This document shows positions 53,672-63,924 of a stretch of DNA of 64,000 nt, in pieces. Source of the DNA: Candidatus Uhrbacteria bacterium (lineage in GTDB: Bacteria; Patescibacteriota; Patescibacteriia; JACPHY01); NCBI GenBank assembly GCA_016188355.1, contig JACPHY010000003.1, positions 8,170-72,169 of the forward strand. Direction: 5' to 3'. Both the position numbers and the translations under genes were made by a program. Within the stretch, counting starts at the first letter, position 1; every line of letters begins with the position of its first letter. The notes beneath the pieces were generated by a model. That model saw only the letters and a program-made list of their open reading frames with translations, was not told the origin of the DNA and did not search any database.

Positions 53672-56533
53672 CTACTCTACGGTCACTTCGCGGGGATCAC
53701 TCTCCGCGAGGAGTGCGGTGTCCGCGTAGAGGCGTGCACGGAGCGTGATGGGGCCTGGCGTGGGGCGTTGTGGCCAGAGGACGCGGATGATGCCGTCCGG
53801 GGGCGGCACGACGCTCGTGAGGAGCTCGGTGCTCCCCTCGCTCGCCATGAGAATTTCCACGCGATTCGCTCCAGCGGTGGTCGTGGCGCGGATGGTGAGG
53901 GTCGCTGGAAAATCTGAGGTACGGAGCGTCGCGCCCGGGTTCGGCTGCTCCCAGATGAGCGCGATCGGTTCCCGATCGGAGAGCACATCAATCGGCACAA
54001 CGACGGTGCGCTCGTTGCCCACGTCATCGTAGGCGCTCACGCGGAGATCGTGGAGCCCGCGCCCAATACTCGCCGGGAGACGAACGGTGTACTGGAATTC
54101 CGGAGCGGTGGGCGCGAAGAGCGCAGCGGCAATGTGATCAATGGTGATCGTGATGCGCTGGACGCCACGCGGTGCGGCGACGGAGCCGGCCACGAGGACT
54201 TCACGGCCGCTCACGTACGCACGGGGCTCGGGTGTGGTGATCGCGAGTGCGGGTCGATTCGCCTCCGTATGGACATCGTCCATTTCCGCAGGCGGCGTGC
54301 TGAGCGTGAGGTGATTCCGTTTCGCCCAGGAGCGAACGCCTGCTTCCCACGCGGCGTACATGGGATCATCCTCTGGTCGATCTGGTGGCGCGCCCCGCGG
54401 GTCGTCACGCCGTACGTAGTGCAGAATGTCATGCAGGTCCTGGTACTCCCGTTCCTCCACCTGATCGGGCGGCGTGGCATCGGTGGCGCGTTTCCCCGTG
54501 GTGCGATCAATGCGGACGCGGACGGTGCCGGGGTGGACGCCATGGAGGATCGGGGGGAGATCCGGGATCGGCTGTGGCGCGGTGAAGGATTCCGCCGGTT
54601 TTCCGGTGAGTGACGTATCGAGGAACATGCGCCAGATCGGCGCGGCGACGAATGATCCGTCCGATCGGTGCTTCATGGGCGCGTTGTTGTTGTTGCCAAC
54701 CCAGACTCCCACGGCAAGTGATGGGGTGAATCCCATCGTCCATGCATCGCGCCAGTCGTTCGTGGTGCCCGTTTTCGCAGCGACGAGACGGTTCGGGAAA
54801 GCGAGCGGCGATCGCGGACCGAAGACGTAGGTGCGCGCGTCATTGTCCGTCATGACGCTTGTGAGCTGTCGGACGACCTCCGCATCCACGACCCGCGTTC
54901 CCGAATCGGGCGGTGCCTCAGTGAGGACCTGACGGTGCTGATCCTCGACGCGCAAGATGGCGACCGTGGGTCGGCGAATGCCATCCGCGGCGAGCGTCGC
55001 GTATGCGCTCGTGTGTTCGAGGAGCGTCACCTCGCCGCCGCCGAGCACGAGCGCAAGGCCGAATCGCGCGCGATCGCGGAGCGTGGTGTACCCGAGACGT
55101 TCCGCGAGATCAATCGCAGTATCAATGCCGGTGAGGTAGAGCGTTTTCACCGCGGGGATGTTGAGGGATCCCGCGAGCGCCTTCCGGAGGGTGACGAATC
55201 CGTACTCCTTGCCGTTGTAGTTGTGGGGTTGGTACGCACCGACGGTCGTGGGAAATGTGGTTTGCGTGTCCGCAATGAGGGTGTCCGGGGTATATCCTTT
55301 CGCGAATGCAGCCGCGTAGACGATCGGCTTAAAAGAGGAGCCCGGTTGCCGGGGACGGAGTGCGACGTTCACCTGGCCGTCTATTTTTGGATCAAAGAAA
55401 TCGCGGGATCCGACCATCGCGAGGATTTGGCCGGTGCGGGGATCGATGGCGACGAGTGCCGCATTGGAGGAGTTGAATTCCTTGGCATTGCGATCCCCAT
55501 ATTTTGTCACCGCCGCCTCAGCGGCGGACTGGAGATCGAGATCGATGGAGGTGGTCACCTTGAGGCCGCCCTGCTCCACCACGCGCTCACCGTATTGGTT
55601 GGTGAGGAGTTCACGGACGTACATGACGAAGTGTGGTGCAACGATTGCCTCGCGTCGCGGCCGAACGCGCTTGAGGATGTCCACCTGCGTTGCGGTTGCT
55701 GCGTCTTCCTGGGAAATATATCCTTGCTCCGCCATGCGGGACAGAATCGCGTGCGTGCGCGCCACGAGCGCGTCGCGGTGACTGCCGTATGGCGAGTAGT
55801 AGGTGGGCCCATTCGGGAGCGCCGCGAGCATCGCAGACTCCGCGAGATCGACATCGCGCGCGGATTTCCCAAAGAAGGTTTGACTCGCCGCCTCCACACC
55901 GTATGCCGTGGACCCGTAGGGAATTTCGTTGAGGTAGAGGGTGAGAATTTCGTCCTTCGAGAAGCGGCGTTCCATTTGGTATGCCACGAGCAGCTCCTTG
56001 AGTTTTCGGCTCACGATCCGGTCCGGGGTGAGGATCGCATTCTTGATGAGCTGCTGTGTAATGGTAGAGCCGCCCTGGAGCGAACCACCCCGGAGATTCA
56101 CCCATGTCGCTCGCAGGATACCGCGGAAGCTAATGCCGCGGTGCTGATAGAAGGTTCGGTCCTCCACCGCAATCGTTGCCCACTTCACGGTCGGGGCGAT
56201 TTGGTCGAGGGTGACATGCGTCCGTCGTTCCTCGCCATGGATTTCGTAGAGGAGTTTCGTGCCGGTGCGATCGTAAATTTTGGTGGATTGTGGAACGGTG
56301 CGCGTGATGAGGCGCGCGGGATCGGGGAGATCGCGCGCCGACCATGCGAGGAGGAGTGCGAGCGCGAGTCCGCCCATCAGTGTGCCGGCAATACCGAGCG
56401 CCACGAGGGCACCGAAGAGGCGTCGGATCCGGTGCCGATTTCGGCGCGTTTTTGCAATTGCTGCTGGCGGCCGCGCTTTCGGCTTGCGCCATTCACCGGG
56501 CGAGTAGGGCTGGCGAGGAGAAGGAGTAGGCAT
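53672..56533 (-). CDS. class A penicillin-binding protein (bifunctional glycosyltransferase/transpeptidase, PBP1A-like) with long C-terminal extension
   Basis: GT51 motifs 'IAVEDRTFYQHRGI', 'GGSTITQQLIKN', 'RKLKELLVAYQMERRFSKDEILTLYLNEIPYG'. Transpeptidase 'SSFKP', 'SLN', 'KTGTT'. N-terminal TM anchor. Start at 'MPTPSPRQ' (56533). Confidence 0.85.
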   Translation of the reverse strand: MPTPSPRQPYSPGEWRKPKARPPAAIAKTRRNRHRIRRLFGALVALGIAGTLMGGLALALLLAWSARDLPDPARLITRTVPQSTKIYDRTGTKLLYEIHGEERRTHVTLDQIAPTVKWATIAVEDRTFYQHRGISFRGILRATWVNLRGGSLQGGSTITQQLIKNAILTPDRIVSRKLKELLVAYQMERRFSKDEILTLYLNEIPYGSTAYGVEAASQTFFGKSARDVDLAESAMLAALPNGPTYYSPYGSHRDALVARTHAILSRMAEQGYISQEDAATATQVDILKRVRPRREAIVAPHFVMYVRELLTNQYGERVVEQGGLKVTTSIDLDLQSAAEAAVTKYGDRNAKEFNSSNAALVAIDPRTGQILAMVGSRDFFDPKIDGQVNVALRPRQPGSSFKPIVYAAAFAKGYTPDTLIADTQTTFPTTVGAYQPHNYNGKEYGFVTLRKALAGSLNIPAVKTLYLTGIDTAIDLAERLGYTTLRDRARFGLALVLGGGEVTLLEHTSAYATLAADGIRRPTVAILRVEDQHRQVLTEAPPDSGTRVVDAEVVRQLTSVMTDNDARTYVFGPRSPLAFPNRLVAAKTGTTNDWRDAWTMGFTPSLAVGVWVGNNNNAPMKHRSDGSFVAAPIWRMFLDTSLTGKPAESFTAPQPIPDLPPILHGVHPGTVRVRIDRTTGKRATDATPPDQVEEREYQDLHDILHYVRRDDPRGAPPDRPEDDPMYAAWEAGVRSWAKRNHLTLSTPPAEMDDVHTEANRPALAITTPEPRAYVSGREVLVAGSVAAPRGVQRITITIDHIAAALFAPTAPEFQYTVRLPASIGRGLHDLRVSAYDDVGNERTVVVPIDVLSDREPIALIWEQPNPGATLRTSDFPATLTIRATTTAGANRVEILMASEGSTELLTSVVPPPDGIIRVLWPQRPTPGPITLRARLYADTALLAESDPREVTVE

Positions 56534-56694
56534 GTCATTTGCGGGACACCCAGTAAAGGGCACTCGGCTCAATGAGGGCACTATACGTGCATATCCCCAT
56601 TGTATCAACCTCATTGGCACAGGTGTGGCGCTCTTGGTACGCTACACGCAGCAATGCGAGTGTGTCCGAGGTTGCTCAGCGGGAGATCGCCCTA

Positions 56695-56766
56695 GGCCCG
56701 GTAGCCAAGTGGTAAGGCGAGGGTCTGCAAAACCCTTATTCGTGGGTTCAATTCCCACCCGGGCCT
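56695..56766 (+). tRNA. tRNA-Cys (anticodon GCA)
   Basis: Hand-folded cloverleaf: acceptor GGCCCGG/CCGGGCC, D-arm GCC-AAGTGGTAA-GGC, anticodon arm AGGGT-CTGCAAA-ACCCT, variable TATT, T-arm GTGGG-TTCAATT-CCCAC, discriminator T. CCA is not encoded. Confidence 0.85.
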
Positions 56767-57308
56767 GAGGCGAACTCCCGCTGCTCCGCTCGATCGATGT
56801 GCTCGTGAGTCTCATTTTCATAGCGCGGGTGACCGTTCAATGACACGGAGGGCGATCGAGGTATTGTTGGGACGTGGATATGATTTGTTTGACTCTATCC
56901 ACAGGTTATCGGCAATCGAACGTGCGGTACGGTGGTGCTCGAGAATGCACGGGAGTTATGGTTCGGAGGAATCGCGTAACAGAGATTACTTGACACGTTC
57001 TCACATGCCTGGGAAACTATGAATGAACAGCGGCCCTGACGGGGTCGCGTCTCCGTACCCTCCGGGGTACTTTCGTTTTTCATCCACACGTACTCCTGCT
57101 TGCCCCATGATCGTCTCGTAAATCCTATCGGAGGGAATGCCCAACGGTAGGTGGAGACGAGTGGAGCAAGCCGGGGGTAGTTGTGGGGGAAAAACGTTTT
57201 TTGTTTTCCGCTCTTTTCTCCCCCAAGAATGACAAGATGATCGAGTACGGAATCCCGATCGCGGCAGCGAGGGGCTGCCCGGATTCGGGTGTTTGCAGGA
57301 GGAGCATC

Positions 57309-58439
57309 ATGCAGCAGGCAGAAACGGTGCGTGCGGAGACGGCAGCCGTCCGGGTGGACGCGACACCGCGACAGGAGTTCTTCAGCGTCGGTCGGCCGGT
57401 CGTGCGGGCGCGCAATCTCATTGCGAGTGTCATGTCGGCCACGAAACAGAAGCTCTTCGGGGCGGCCACTCCATTCGATCCGGCTTCGTTCCGAGAGTGC
57501 GTCGCCATTCCAGGCGGCGATGTCCGCGCCTACCTGGCGCAGCGACTGGAGCAATCCGATCTGACCGTGAACATCCCGAGCGTCCCGATGATCGACACCG
57601 CCATCATTGCCATGGCGAGACAGATCGCACACCCGCCGGAGCGGTTGCACACGCTCAATGGTCGGAAGCTCGAGCGGATCGCGCTCGAATACCTGATCGC
57701 CGGCTGCTATCTGCCCCCTGCGGCAATCGTGCCGTTCGAACGATACCTCGACATCTCGCTTGCGTTCCGTGATGCGGCGAAGCAGCTCAATCACGCCGCG
57801 CGCGTCTCCACGGAGGACGCGTTCGTGCGTGGGGCGAGTACGAACTTTGCCCCACTCATGCGCCTCAACACCGGTGCGGACGATGCGTGGAAGACCATCA
57901 CGACGCTGCTCACCACGGACGCGCACCTCGCGACCCTGCGTACGCGTTTCCTGGCCCCGTTCATCTACCCGAACTGGTCGACGTGGCAGGAGCTCGCACG
58001 CATGGAGTCGGCCCGTCGCCTGGCGATCTGCTCGGAGCTCTGCGTGCTGCTCACGGAAGAACGAACGCCGTTCGTCACGAACGAGCGATTCGTCCGCGCG
58101 GTGTCTCTGGTGGACGGCAATCAGCTCCTCGTTGGCGGTAATCCGTTCGGGGTCACCAGGGAGACGTGCATGGAATCGGTGCGGCACGCGCGGATGCCGG
58201 GCATGCAGCGCGCGGACGCAACGCAGATCGAGTTCCATGGGGTTCCCGCGGGGAGCGTCGGGGGAACGATCGCGGGGCTCCGCGGCGGCATCGATGGTTC
58301 AATGCGGTTGGTCGATGGTGGGCGCATCCAATTCACGCTCGCCCTCACGGAAGGCCTGCCGAAGTCTGCGCCGTGCGTCGTACCGATCGATGTCCATGTT
58401 CCGGGGCATGCCTGGAACGCGACCCTCTACTGTAGCTAG
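57309..58439 (+). CDS. hypothetical protein (376 aa)
   Basis: AGGAGG 7 nt before the ATG. The overlapping minus-strand ORF 56895..58238 is Arg-rich antisense-type and was rejected. No family recognised. Confidence 0.45.
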   Translation: MQQAETVRAETAAVRVDATPRQEFFSVGRPVVRARNLIASVMSATKQKLFGAATPFDPASFRECVAIPGGDVRAYLAQRLEQSDLTVNIPSVPMIDTAIIAMARQIAHPPERLHTLNGRKLERIALEYLIAGCYLPPAAIVPFERYLDISLAFRDAAKQLNHAARVSTEDAFVRGASTNFAPLMRLNTGADDAWKTITTLLTTDAHLATLRTRFLAPFIYPNWSTWQELARMESARRLAICSELCVLLTEERTPFVTNERFVRAVSLVDGNQLLVGGNPFGVTRETCMESVRHARMPGMQRADATQIEFHGVPAGSVGGTIAGLRGGIDGSMRLVDGGRIQFTLALTEGLPKSAPCVVPIDVHVPGHAWNATLYCS

Positions 58440-58736
58440 GTCACAATTCGAATAGGCACGGCGCATGGAGAGGTGCCCCCTGCCCGTGCCGCCGGGCTTC
58501 GCGTGCATACGGCCATACACTCGAATGCCCGGTTGCGACCGACCGCGAGGCGGAATTCGTGATCCTGCATGAGACGCCTTCTTGGAAAGCCATCCGAAAT
58601 GCATGATTGCGGGTGATCGAATTCCGCCTCGCGGGAGGCGCTGCGGTCCATGAGATCTGACGCCCCCATGAACTCCATGGGGGCGCTTCTTTTTGCGTTC
58701 CGAATGTCGACGCGGTGGATGGTATCGTGGAGACAC

Positions 58737-61508
58737 ATGGCATCTCCCCCCACCCTCCTCATTGTCGACGGTTCTTCTCTGCTCCATCGTGCGCACCATG
58801 CGTTGCCGCCGCTCACCGCGCCGGATGGGCGACTCGTGAGTGCGGCGTATGGATTTTTGGTCATGTTCCTGAAAGGGCTTGCCGATTTGCAGCCGACGCA
58901 CGTGGCGGTGACCTTTGATCGTCCCGAACCTACCTTTCGGAACACGCTCTTCCCCGCGTACCAGGCGCAACGCGAGGAAAAGCCCGATGAGCTCTATGCG
59001 CAGATACCCGTGATCACGCGTATCCTCACCGGACTCGGGGTGCCTGTATTTGCCATTCCGGAGTTCGAAGCGGACGACGTGATCGGAACGATCGTGACCC
59101 GGGTCATGGACGCGCCTGTTCCCCCGCACGTGACCGTGCTCACGGGTGACAAGGATTTGCTCCAGTTGGTGCGGGAGGGGGTGGAGGTGGTGCTGTTCCG
59201 GCGTGGGATGACGGAGACCGCGCGATATGACACCGCTGCGGTGGTGGAGCGGTTCGGGTTTCCGCCGGAGCGTATTCCTGATTTCAAGGCGCTCGCAGGC
59301 GATGCATCGGATAATTACCCCGGAGTTCCCGGCATTGGGGAGAAGACCGCAACGGAGTTGGTGCGACAATTTGGGGATCTCGCCTCGATGCTTGTGGCAG
59401 CGACTGCGGCGTCCCGTCCCGCGGGGCTTTCCGAGAAGCTCGCGGCGCGACTCGCCGCGCATACCGAAGCGGCACAGGTGGGACTGCGACTTGCGACGAT
59501 CGTGCGCACCGTGCCCATGGAATTTGATCTCGCGCAGTGCGTGCTTGGCATGTATGACCGTGATGCGGTGATGGCGCAGCTTCGGGAGTTGGGATTTCAG
59601 TCGCTCACGGGAAGACTGCCTGGTGCCCACGCATTATCCCGCGCCGCCGAGGCCGTACAGGATCAGCTCCTCCCCCGCTCGGATGGAGATGCTGCAAGCG
59701 CAGCACGCCATGTTTCCGTTGCCCCAGAAGCGGCGCATGAGGAAGTGCTCGCCGATGTCGCGTCGATGCGATCGGCGCTCGAGGCGGCAACGCGTTCCTC
59801 GGGCGTAGCATTATCCGCGGTGACGCGCGCGGATAACGTGCGATCAGGGCACCCGCTGGCGCTCGGGATGGCGTTTGCGGATCGCGCGTGCGGCCTGTAT
59901 CCCTGGGGCACGGCGCTTGCGGAAGTCGCGTCGCTCATCCGCGATGCGCACGTCCCCAAGGACACGCATGATGCGAAGGCGCTCCTCCATCTCCTCCATC
60001 GCTCCCGCATGAGCTGCGAAGGGCTGCGATGGGATACCGCACTCTTGAGCTACCTCCTCGCTCCTGGTTCGCGCTCCCATGATTTCGCGCATGTGGTGTT
60101 CCAGGAATTGGGAGTGGAAGTGGGGTCGTCCGCGGATGCGGAGACGGGACCCGCACCGGAGGATGAGGAGCATAAGGTCGCCGCGGCACGAGCGACGCAC
60201 GAAGCGGCACTGGTGGCGCGGTTGGTGCCCGTGCTCACCGAAAAAGTGCGTGCGGCCGATCTCCTGCGCGTCTATGAAGAGTTCGAGCGGCCGCTGGTCC
60301 CGGTGCTCCAACGCATGGAGGCAATGGGGGTGCGTCTCGACACGGAGCACCTCGCGGCGCTCGCGGTTCGCTTGCGAACGGAACTCGAGCGCGCGGATCG
60401 CGATATTTTCGCGCTTGCTGGACATGCGTTCAATATCGACTCCCCGCCACAGCTGAAAGTGGTGCTGTTTGCGGAGTTGGGTCTTGCGGCGCGGGGGATC
60501 AAAAAAACGATCAAAGGTCGTACCCTGTCGACCGCGGCATCCGAGCTCGAGAAATTACGCGGCGCGCATCCCATCATCGAGCACGTGCTCCGGCATCGCG
60601 AATTGCGGAAACTTCTCTCCACGTACGTGGAGGCGCTCCCCGCGCTCGTGGATCCGCAGACGGGGCGCGTGCATACCACGTATCACCAAACGGTCACCGC
60701 GACCGGGCGGCTCTCCTCCGCGGATCCAAATTTGCAGAACATTCCGGTCGCAGAACCGTGGGGACCAGAGATTCGCCGTGCATGTATTGCGGAAGACGGG
60801 TGGCAGTTGCTCGGCATTGATTACTCGCAATTCGAGCTGCGGATTGCGGCAGCGCTCTCGGGTGATCGTGCGCTCCAGGAGGCATTCCGCTCGGGACGGG
60901 ACATTCATGCAGCGACCGCCGTCGAGATGTTCCATGTGGAGCCGGAAGCGGTCACCAAGGACCAGCGCCGAGTGGCGAAGGCGATCAATTTCGGCATTCT
61001 CTACGGCATGGGCGCGAATGCGCTCGCGGTCACCGCGGAGATCGCTCGCGCGGAGGCAGAGGAGTACATCGCGCGCTACTTTCAAATTTACGCTGGCCTG
61101 AAGGAATGGATCGATACGACGATTGCGCTCGCACGAACGCGTGGATATGTGGAGACGCTGTTCGGGCGAAAACGATTCCTGCCGGAGCTGCAATCCGGCG
61201 TGCCGCAGGTGCGCGCGGCCGCGGAGCGCATGGCGGTGAACATGCCGATTCAGGGGACGCAGGCGGACCTCCTGAAGCGCGCCATGATTCGTGCAGATGC
61301 CTGGATTCGTGCGCATGCGGCCGACCGCGTTCGCATGGTGCTCACGGTGCATGATGAACTCGTGTTCGAGGTGCGCGAGGATTCGGTTGCGGAAGCGGCG
61401 CACGCACTCATCGATCTCCTCGAGCATGTCGAATCGTTGGCAGTGCCTATTCTCGTCGAAGCGAAGGTGGGACGGAGTTGGGGGGATATGCAGCGTTGGG
61501 TCCCCTGA
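58737..61508 (+). CDS. polA: DNA polymerase I (5'-3' exonuclease + polymerase domains)
   Basis: 5'-nuclease 'LLIVDGSSLLHRAHHA...FEADDVIGT'. Pol motif A 'LLGIDYSQFELRI', motif B 'RRVAKAINFGILYGMGA', motif C 'LTVHDELVFEV'. Confidence 0.9.
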   Translation: MASPPTLLIVDGSSLLHRAHHALPPLTAPDGRLVSAAYGFLVMFLKGLADLQPTHVAVTFDRPEPTFRNTLFPAYQAQREEKPDELYAQIPVITRILTGLGVPVFAIPEFEADDVIGTIVTRVMDAPVPPHVTVLTGDKDLLQLVREGVEVVLFRRGMTETARYDTAAVVERFGFPPERIPDFKALAGDASDNYPGVPGIGEKTATELVRQFGDLASMLVAATAASRPAGLSEKLAARLAAHTEAAQVGLRLATIVRTVPMEFDLAQCVLGMYDRDAVMAQLRELGFQSLTGRLPGAHALSRAAEAVQDQLLPRSDGDAASAARHVSVAPEAAHEEVLADVASMRSALEAATRSSGVALSAVTRADNVRSGHPLALGMAFADRACGLYPWGTALAEVASLIRDAHVPKDTHDAKALLHLLHRSRMSCEGLRWDTALLSYLLAPGSRSHDFAHVVFQELGVEVGSSADAETGPAPEDEEHKVAAARATHEAALVARLVPVLTEKVRAADLLRVYEEFERPLVPVLQRMEAMGVRLDTEHLAALAVRLRTELERADRDIFALAGHAFNIDSPPQLKVVLFAELGLAARGIKKTIKGRTLSTAASELEKLRGAHPIIEHVLRHRELRKLLSTYVEALPALVDPQTGRVHTTYHQTVTATGRLSSADPNLQNIPVAEPWGPEIRRACIAEDGWQLLGIDYSQFELRIAAALSGDRALQEAFRSGRDIHAATAVEMFHVEPEAVTKDQRRVAKAINFGILYGMGANALAVTAEIARAEAEEYIARYFQIYAGLKEWIDTTIALARTRGYVETLFGRKRFLPELQSGVPQVRAAAERMAVNMPIQGTQADLLKRAMIRADAWIRAHAADRVRMVLTVHDELVFEVREDSVAEAAHALIDLLEHVESLAVPILVEAKVGRSWGDMQRWVP

Positions 61509-61521
61509 CGTGATCTGACGA

Positions 61522-61559
61522 ACGACCAACCCGCCCGTGCGTACGGGCGGGTTGGTCGT
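61522..61559 (+). terminator. 17-bp perfect hairpin ACGACCAACCCGCCCGT-gcgt-ACGGGCGGGTTGGTCGT after polA
   Basis: Perfect reverse-complement arms seen directly. No clear U-tail, so it may be a terminator or another structural element. Confidence 0.45.
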
Positions 61560-61590
61560 TATGCTGGGAGAGGAGCATGGCGCATCCTCT

Positions 61591-62433
61591 ATGATTGGTG
61601 TTGCATTGACCGCGGTGGGTACCGGACTCGAGGAGTGTGCGGCGACGATCGGGAAGCGGCAGGTCCTCCGCCATGCGGAGAGCGTCCCGACGATGGGCGT
61701 GCTGCACCTGATCGTAGGAGCGGTCGTGTTCCTCGGCATTGTTGTGGTGCATCCAAGCAGCTTCGTGCTCGCGTCGGCGTCGTTGCCTATCCTGGTGCCG
61801 CGATTGGCGCTGGAAATATTCCAGGCACATGTGACGCTTACGGCAATCGCGCGCGCGGATCGGAGCACTTTCAGTTTTCTCCGCATGCTGACGATCCCCG
61901 TGTTGCTCGGCGTAGATGTGCTCTTGGGATATTCCCTGCGCACCACTCAGTTCGTGGGCGCACTCGTGGTGATGGCCGTGCTCACATTTGCGCTCTTGGA
62001 GCGCGGTATCCGCGCACGCGGTGCGGGTCTCGTTGTAGTGAGTGCGCTCAACTCCGCATTGACGATCTCCCTCTACAAGTACACGATCACGCATTACAAT
62101 TCCGTCGTTGCGGAGCAACTGGTGAGCACGTTGGTGTTATTGGGGTACTTTGCCGTACTCGCGCGTGTCCGTGCGCATGAGCACCCGCTCGCATTCCTCC
62201 GTCGTCCTATGTTTCTCGTGGAGTCGCTCGCGCAGGGAGTGGGTGGCGTGATCGAGGGATTCGCCTACGCGTTCGCCCCAGCCGCCGTGATCGTTGCCGC
62301 GAAACGATCGACGGCAGTGCTCTGGAGTATTGGCACGGGGAATCATGTGTTCCATGAATCGCATCTCGCCGTGAAGATGGTTACGGGCGTCGGACTGATT
62401 GTGGGTATCGTGCTCCTCGCGATGGGCGGATGA
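61591..62433 (+). CDS. EamA/DMT-superfamily membrane transporter
   Basis: About 10 TM helices in two EamA-like halves. Start moved to Met19 because Met1 lies inside the 61522-61559 hairpin. Confidence 0.55.
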   Translation: MIGVALTAVGTGLEECAATIGKRQVLRHAESVPTMGVLHLIVGAVVFLGIVVVHPSSFVLASASLPILVPRLALEIFQAHVTLTAIARADRSTFSFLRMLTIPVLLGVDVLLGYSLRTTQFVGALVVMAVLTFALLERGIRARGAGLVVVSALNSALTISLYKYTITHYNSVVAEQLVSTLVLLGYFAVLARVRAHEHPLAFLRRPMFLVESLAQGVGGVIEGFAYAFAPAAVIVAAKRSTAVLWSIGTGNHVFHESHLAVKMVTGVGLIVGIVLLAMGG

Positions 62434-62541
62434 TCGGCGCGCGTACCATACCGCACGGCATCCTTGCGGGTGCCGTGCGGTTGTGTCTCAATGCGGGAGC
62501 CGAGGCGGGCTCGGCGGTTCTTTAGTTCCCCGGAGGATGTG

Positions 62542-63924
62542 ATGGCCAACAATGGGGCTCGTGATCCGTTCGACAATATTTCGCCGATTGATTATCGGTA
62601 CTGGTCGAAGCGCCTTTCAAAATACCTTTCCGAAAACGCGTTCACCCGGTGCAAGCTGGAGGTCGAGCAGGCGCTCGTTCGGGTGCTCGCGCGCCGCGGC
62701 ATCTGCGCTGCGACGGTCGTCGAGGCGGTGGCGCAGGCGTGCGCACGGGTGACCACCGCGGAGGTGTATGCGGAAGAAGAGCGTATCCATCACGACGTCC
62801 GCGCACTGGTGAACTGCATTCGCGCGCACGTGTCGGATGATGCGAAGCCATACGTGCACATGACGGCGACCTCGTACGACATCGTCGATACGGCGAACGC
62901 CGTGCGTTATCGGAATGCGATGCAGGAGGTGCTGCTCCCCGCGCTCACCGTGCTCCTGCGGGTGCTGGTGGAGTGCGTGCATCGGTACGCGAACACCACG
63001 CAGATCGGGCGGACGCATGGGCAGCACGCGGTGCCGATCACGTTCGGATTCGCGATGGCGGAATACGTGCACCGTCTGGGCAATTCCTGGATGGCGCTGC
63101 GTGCATTGACGGCGGAAATCCCCGGCAAGTTTTCTGGAGCAGTGGGCGCGTATAATGCGTCCTCGCTGTTCTTCGAGGATCCCGAGGAGTTTGAGCGTGA
63201 GGTGCTCGAAGAGTTGGAGTTGCAGCCGTCGGAGTTCTCGACGCAGGTGGTGCCACCGGAAGCGCTCACGCGGCTCTTCAGTGAGATCACCATCGCCGCG
63301 GGCATCCTCGCGAATCTCGCCGACGACCTGCGGCACCTCCAGCGCACGGAGATCGGGGAGGTGGGTGAGGCATTTGCGGCGGATCAGGTAGGATCGTCGA
63401 CCATGCCGCAGAAGCGGAATCCGATCAATTTCGAGAACGCGAAGAGCTGCTGGAAGATCGTCATGCCGCGGATCATCACCGTGTTCATGGATCAGATCAG
63501 CGAGCACCAGCGCGATCTCACGAATTCCGCATCCGCGCGAACGTACGGTGAGGTGATCGCGTATGTGGTCACCATGACGGAGCGGCTCGCACGGACCATC
63601 GCCAAGCTCTCCGTGGATCCGGAGCGGCTTGCGCACAACCTCGCCTTGCAGCGGGGGCTCATCGTGGCGGAACCACTGTATATCATGTTGGCGGCGCTCG
63701 GGCATCCGCATGCGCACGAGCGGGTGCGGCAGCTCACACTGCGCGCGCAGCGTGAGGCGCGTCCCCTTGAGGTGATTGCCGCAGAAGATGTGGAGCTGCA
63801 ACCGTACCTGGCGCGCATGACCCCGCGGCAGCGTGCCATCCTCGCAGATCCGACGCAGTACACGGGTATTGCCGCCGCGAAGGCGGTCAAAATTGCGGAC
63901 TACTGGAAACTGCAGCTGCAGTGA
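62542..63924 (+). CDS. purB: adenylosuccinate lyase
   Basis: 'SPIDYRYW' PurB N-terminal motif. Fumarate-lyase signature 'GSSTMPQKRNPINFE'. Start at Met27 with GGAGG RBS. Confidence 0.9.
   Translation: MANNGARDPFDNISPIDYRYWSKRLSKYLSENAFTRCKLEVEQALVRVLARRGICAATVVEAVAQACARVTTAEVYAEEERIHHDVRALVNCIRAHVSDDAKPYVHMTATSYDIVDTANAVRYRNAMQEVLLPALTVLLRVLVECVHRYANTTQIGRTHGQHAVPITFGFAMAEYVHRLGNSWMALRALTAEIPGKFSGAVGAYNASSLFFEDPEEFEREVLEELELQPSEFSTQVVPPEALTRLFSEITIAAGILANLADDLRHLQRTEIGEVGEAFAADQVGSSTMPQKRNPINFENAKSCWKIVMPRIITVFMDQISEHQRDLTNSASARTYGEVIAYVVTMTERLARTIAKLSVDPERLAHNLALQRGLIVAEPLYIMLAALGHPHAHERVRQLTLRAQREARPLEVIAAEDVELQPYLARMTPRQRAILADPTQYTGIAAAKAVKIADYWKLQLQ

Noticed and set aside
54935-56575. 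546-aa plus-strand ORF antisense to the PBP gene
   Set aside because: The PBP1A motifs on the minus strand are definitive. The plus ORF is Arg/Glu-rich artefact.
56895-58238. 447-aa minus-strand ORF
   Set aside because: Arg-rich antisense-type sequence. Preferred the plus-strand 57309-58439 ORF, which has an AGGAGG RBS. Neither has homology I recognise, so this choice is moderately uncertain.
60555-61946. 463-aa minus-strand ORF antisense to polA
   Set aside because: polA motifs A, B and C lie on the plus strand.
62617-63801. 394-aa minus-strand ORF antisense to purB
   Set aside because: purB signature (SPIDYRY, GSSxMPxKxNP) lies on the plus strand.
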